Shown: positions 62,374 through 64,000 of the stretch, one piece after another
Numbering within the stretch: position 1 is the stretch's first letter
How the letters are laid out: every line of letters begins with the position of its first letter
The notes under the pieces: model-generated
What the model saw: the letters and a program-made list of their open reading frames with translations, nothing else
Told to the model about the DNA's origin: nothing
Databases searched by the model: none
Program-made: the position numbers and the translations under genes
DNA from: Moniliella sp. 'wahieum'
Lineage: Eukaryota
DNA length: 64,000 nucleotides
Direction: 5' to 3'
Assembly: GCA_003971905.1 (NCBI GenBank)
Contig: RSEE01000004.1
Span: 868,001-932,000 of the forward strand

Positions 62374-64000
62374 ATGGCGTCTGCACTTGACGCGTCTGTG
62401 ACGCTATCGATGCCCTCTCTGTCTCCCGTGGCGGCTGCCCGGTGGCAATCGGTGCTGGAGCGGCAGATTACACCGTTCATCGCGACTCCGCAAGCACCAT
62501 CAACCGTGCGCCACGTTCTCCACATTCTGATGTGCTCTGCTACCTCCGGCGGTCGTAGTACCAATGTCGCGCCTGCATTTTCCTTGGGTGTTGGCTTCTC
62601 GTGGGGGGGGCAGGACGCGTCCCAGGCCACCGGACCCCCCGCCTTGCACGCTCCTCCTACTGTGACGGATGGCAGTCGCACGCAAGTCCCAGCCACCACC
62701 GTTCTCCTCTCTCCTTGACGAGGAGGAGAAGAGGAGCATTTGCAACCCTGGGGTTCTACTATCGTGCATGACGCCCTGGCCCCCGTTGTGTCGGGTGAGC
62801 GCTTGCACCACTCTCTTCCCTATGCCCTGATTCGGCTCCGGTAACCTCTTGTTCCACCTTCCAACCTGCCTCAAGTCCTTGTTCTCCCATATGGCTCCCC
62901 TTTCGGCCCCAGCAGGATCCATGGGGTTTCACGCCGATCTTCTCCCGCAAGGCTACGAATCCTCATTGCCGCCGCCGAACCAGCCGAAAGAAGCGGTTCC
63001 GGGCGTCCGACGTGCCATCTCGCTTAATACCCTTTCTACCCCATCCTCTGGCCATCAAGATTCTGCTCCCGAGCAGAACCATGCCATCAATTCGGATCCG
63101 ATTCAGATCCCTCCAGAAAGCCTTGGCAATCCATCCCCCCCCACCCATGGCTCGGCAGTCCCCCTCGCCAATGACTCCATCCCCCCCAATGAAGATGCCA
63201 AAGCCAGTGGCAGTGTACCAACAAGGGCAAGGGGGGAAAAGGACCAGGAAAGGGAAGAAGGACTTTAAAGGCCTTCCTCGTTCTTTCGCCTGTCCGTCGC
63301 GGCACCGCCTTTGCACGCAAACCACGACCTGAGGAGGTACGTTTCCATCCCCTTTCTTTTTCTTTCCCTTTTGCTCCCAAGCTGATTCCTCGATACCCCT
63401 CTCTCTCTTTTCCCAGGCATACTTTCATCCACATGCAGGACAAGCCACACAAGTGCCCTCATTGCCAGAAACAGTTTTCCGCAAGGACGCCCTCAACCGC
63501 CATTGTCGGTCAGACTGGGTGCCAGTTCCGCCGCCGCTCAGGTTGGGCCTGGGGCTGGGGTGCAATCGCCGTCGGCCCCGTTCCCTCCAACCCACGCTGT
63601 TGATGGGCTTTATCCTCCTCCGACTGGTCCCATGGAATACCAGCCTTACCCCGTCGGGCTGGAATCGAACAGTGTACTGCCCCGTACCACTGAGGGTCCA
63701 TTCGGGGTGCCCCTTGTCCCGCCGGGACAGATGTATATACCGGACTATTCACGCGGAAGCTACCCCGCTCCAGGGAAGATGATGGCGCCCGCCTACCCTT
63801 CCCATGGTTTCCTCCTGCCCTCGGACACGGCCGCTCCGGCGCGCGGTAGAGCGGCAACAGTGTCGGGCTCAACGGGGGGAGTGTGGTCATCGTCCATGGT
63901 GTCCCCACCCAACTTCCTCCCAAGGTCCCAACCCCTACCCAGTCGGCGGCTTCCTCCCGCTCCACGCCCCGCGCCTAGCTCCGATGACCCCCTTCCTCCG
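62374..64000 (+). CDS. C2H2 zinc-finger transcription factor, partial
   Basis: RSFACP..AFARKxDLRR|HTFIHMQDKPHKCPHCQKQFSRKDALNRH reconstructed across intron 63337..63416 (GTACGT..GCTGAT..CAG) and frameshifts; appears to run off the window end. Confidence 0.8.

Overview
Eukaryotic, GC-rich, gene-dense fungal DNA with few short GT-AG introns, most consistent with a basidiomycete (Ustilaginomycotina-like; this is inference). Almost every conserved gene is broken by single-base frameshifts, including essential PRP9, which points to an unpolished long-read assembly rather than pseudogenes, so CDS ends are approximate. Host genes: a poly(QA) protein (partial), Tlg1/syntaxin-6 SNARE, Fen2/Liz1-type MFS permease, full-length neurofibromin/Ira RasGAP, mitochondrial rhodanese, a small spliced Cys-rich orphan, aldo-keto reductase, Zds1, intron-containing tRNA-Gly(CCC), Prp9/SF3A3, a bZIP factor, an Rgd1-type F-BAR RhoGAP and a C2H2 zinc-finger factor (partial). 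Mobile DNA: two full-length copies of one Ty1/copia family in opposite orientation, and a 3.7 kb Ty3/gypsy chromovirus. Highlights: (1) the chromovirus has near-identical LTRs, a perfect TSD and a Tf1-like self-priming PBS, but encodes only Gag, a repeat linker, integrase and a chromodomain, with no PR/RT/RNase H; (2) the copia PBS looks like a half-tRNA-Tyr primer site and its RT motif is HTDD; (3) intergenic DNA carries a pervasive 7-bp pattern, (TNA + 4-bp palindrome)n, using at least 13 different palindromic cores.
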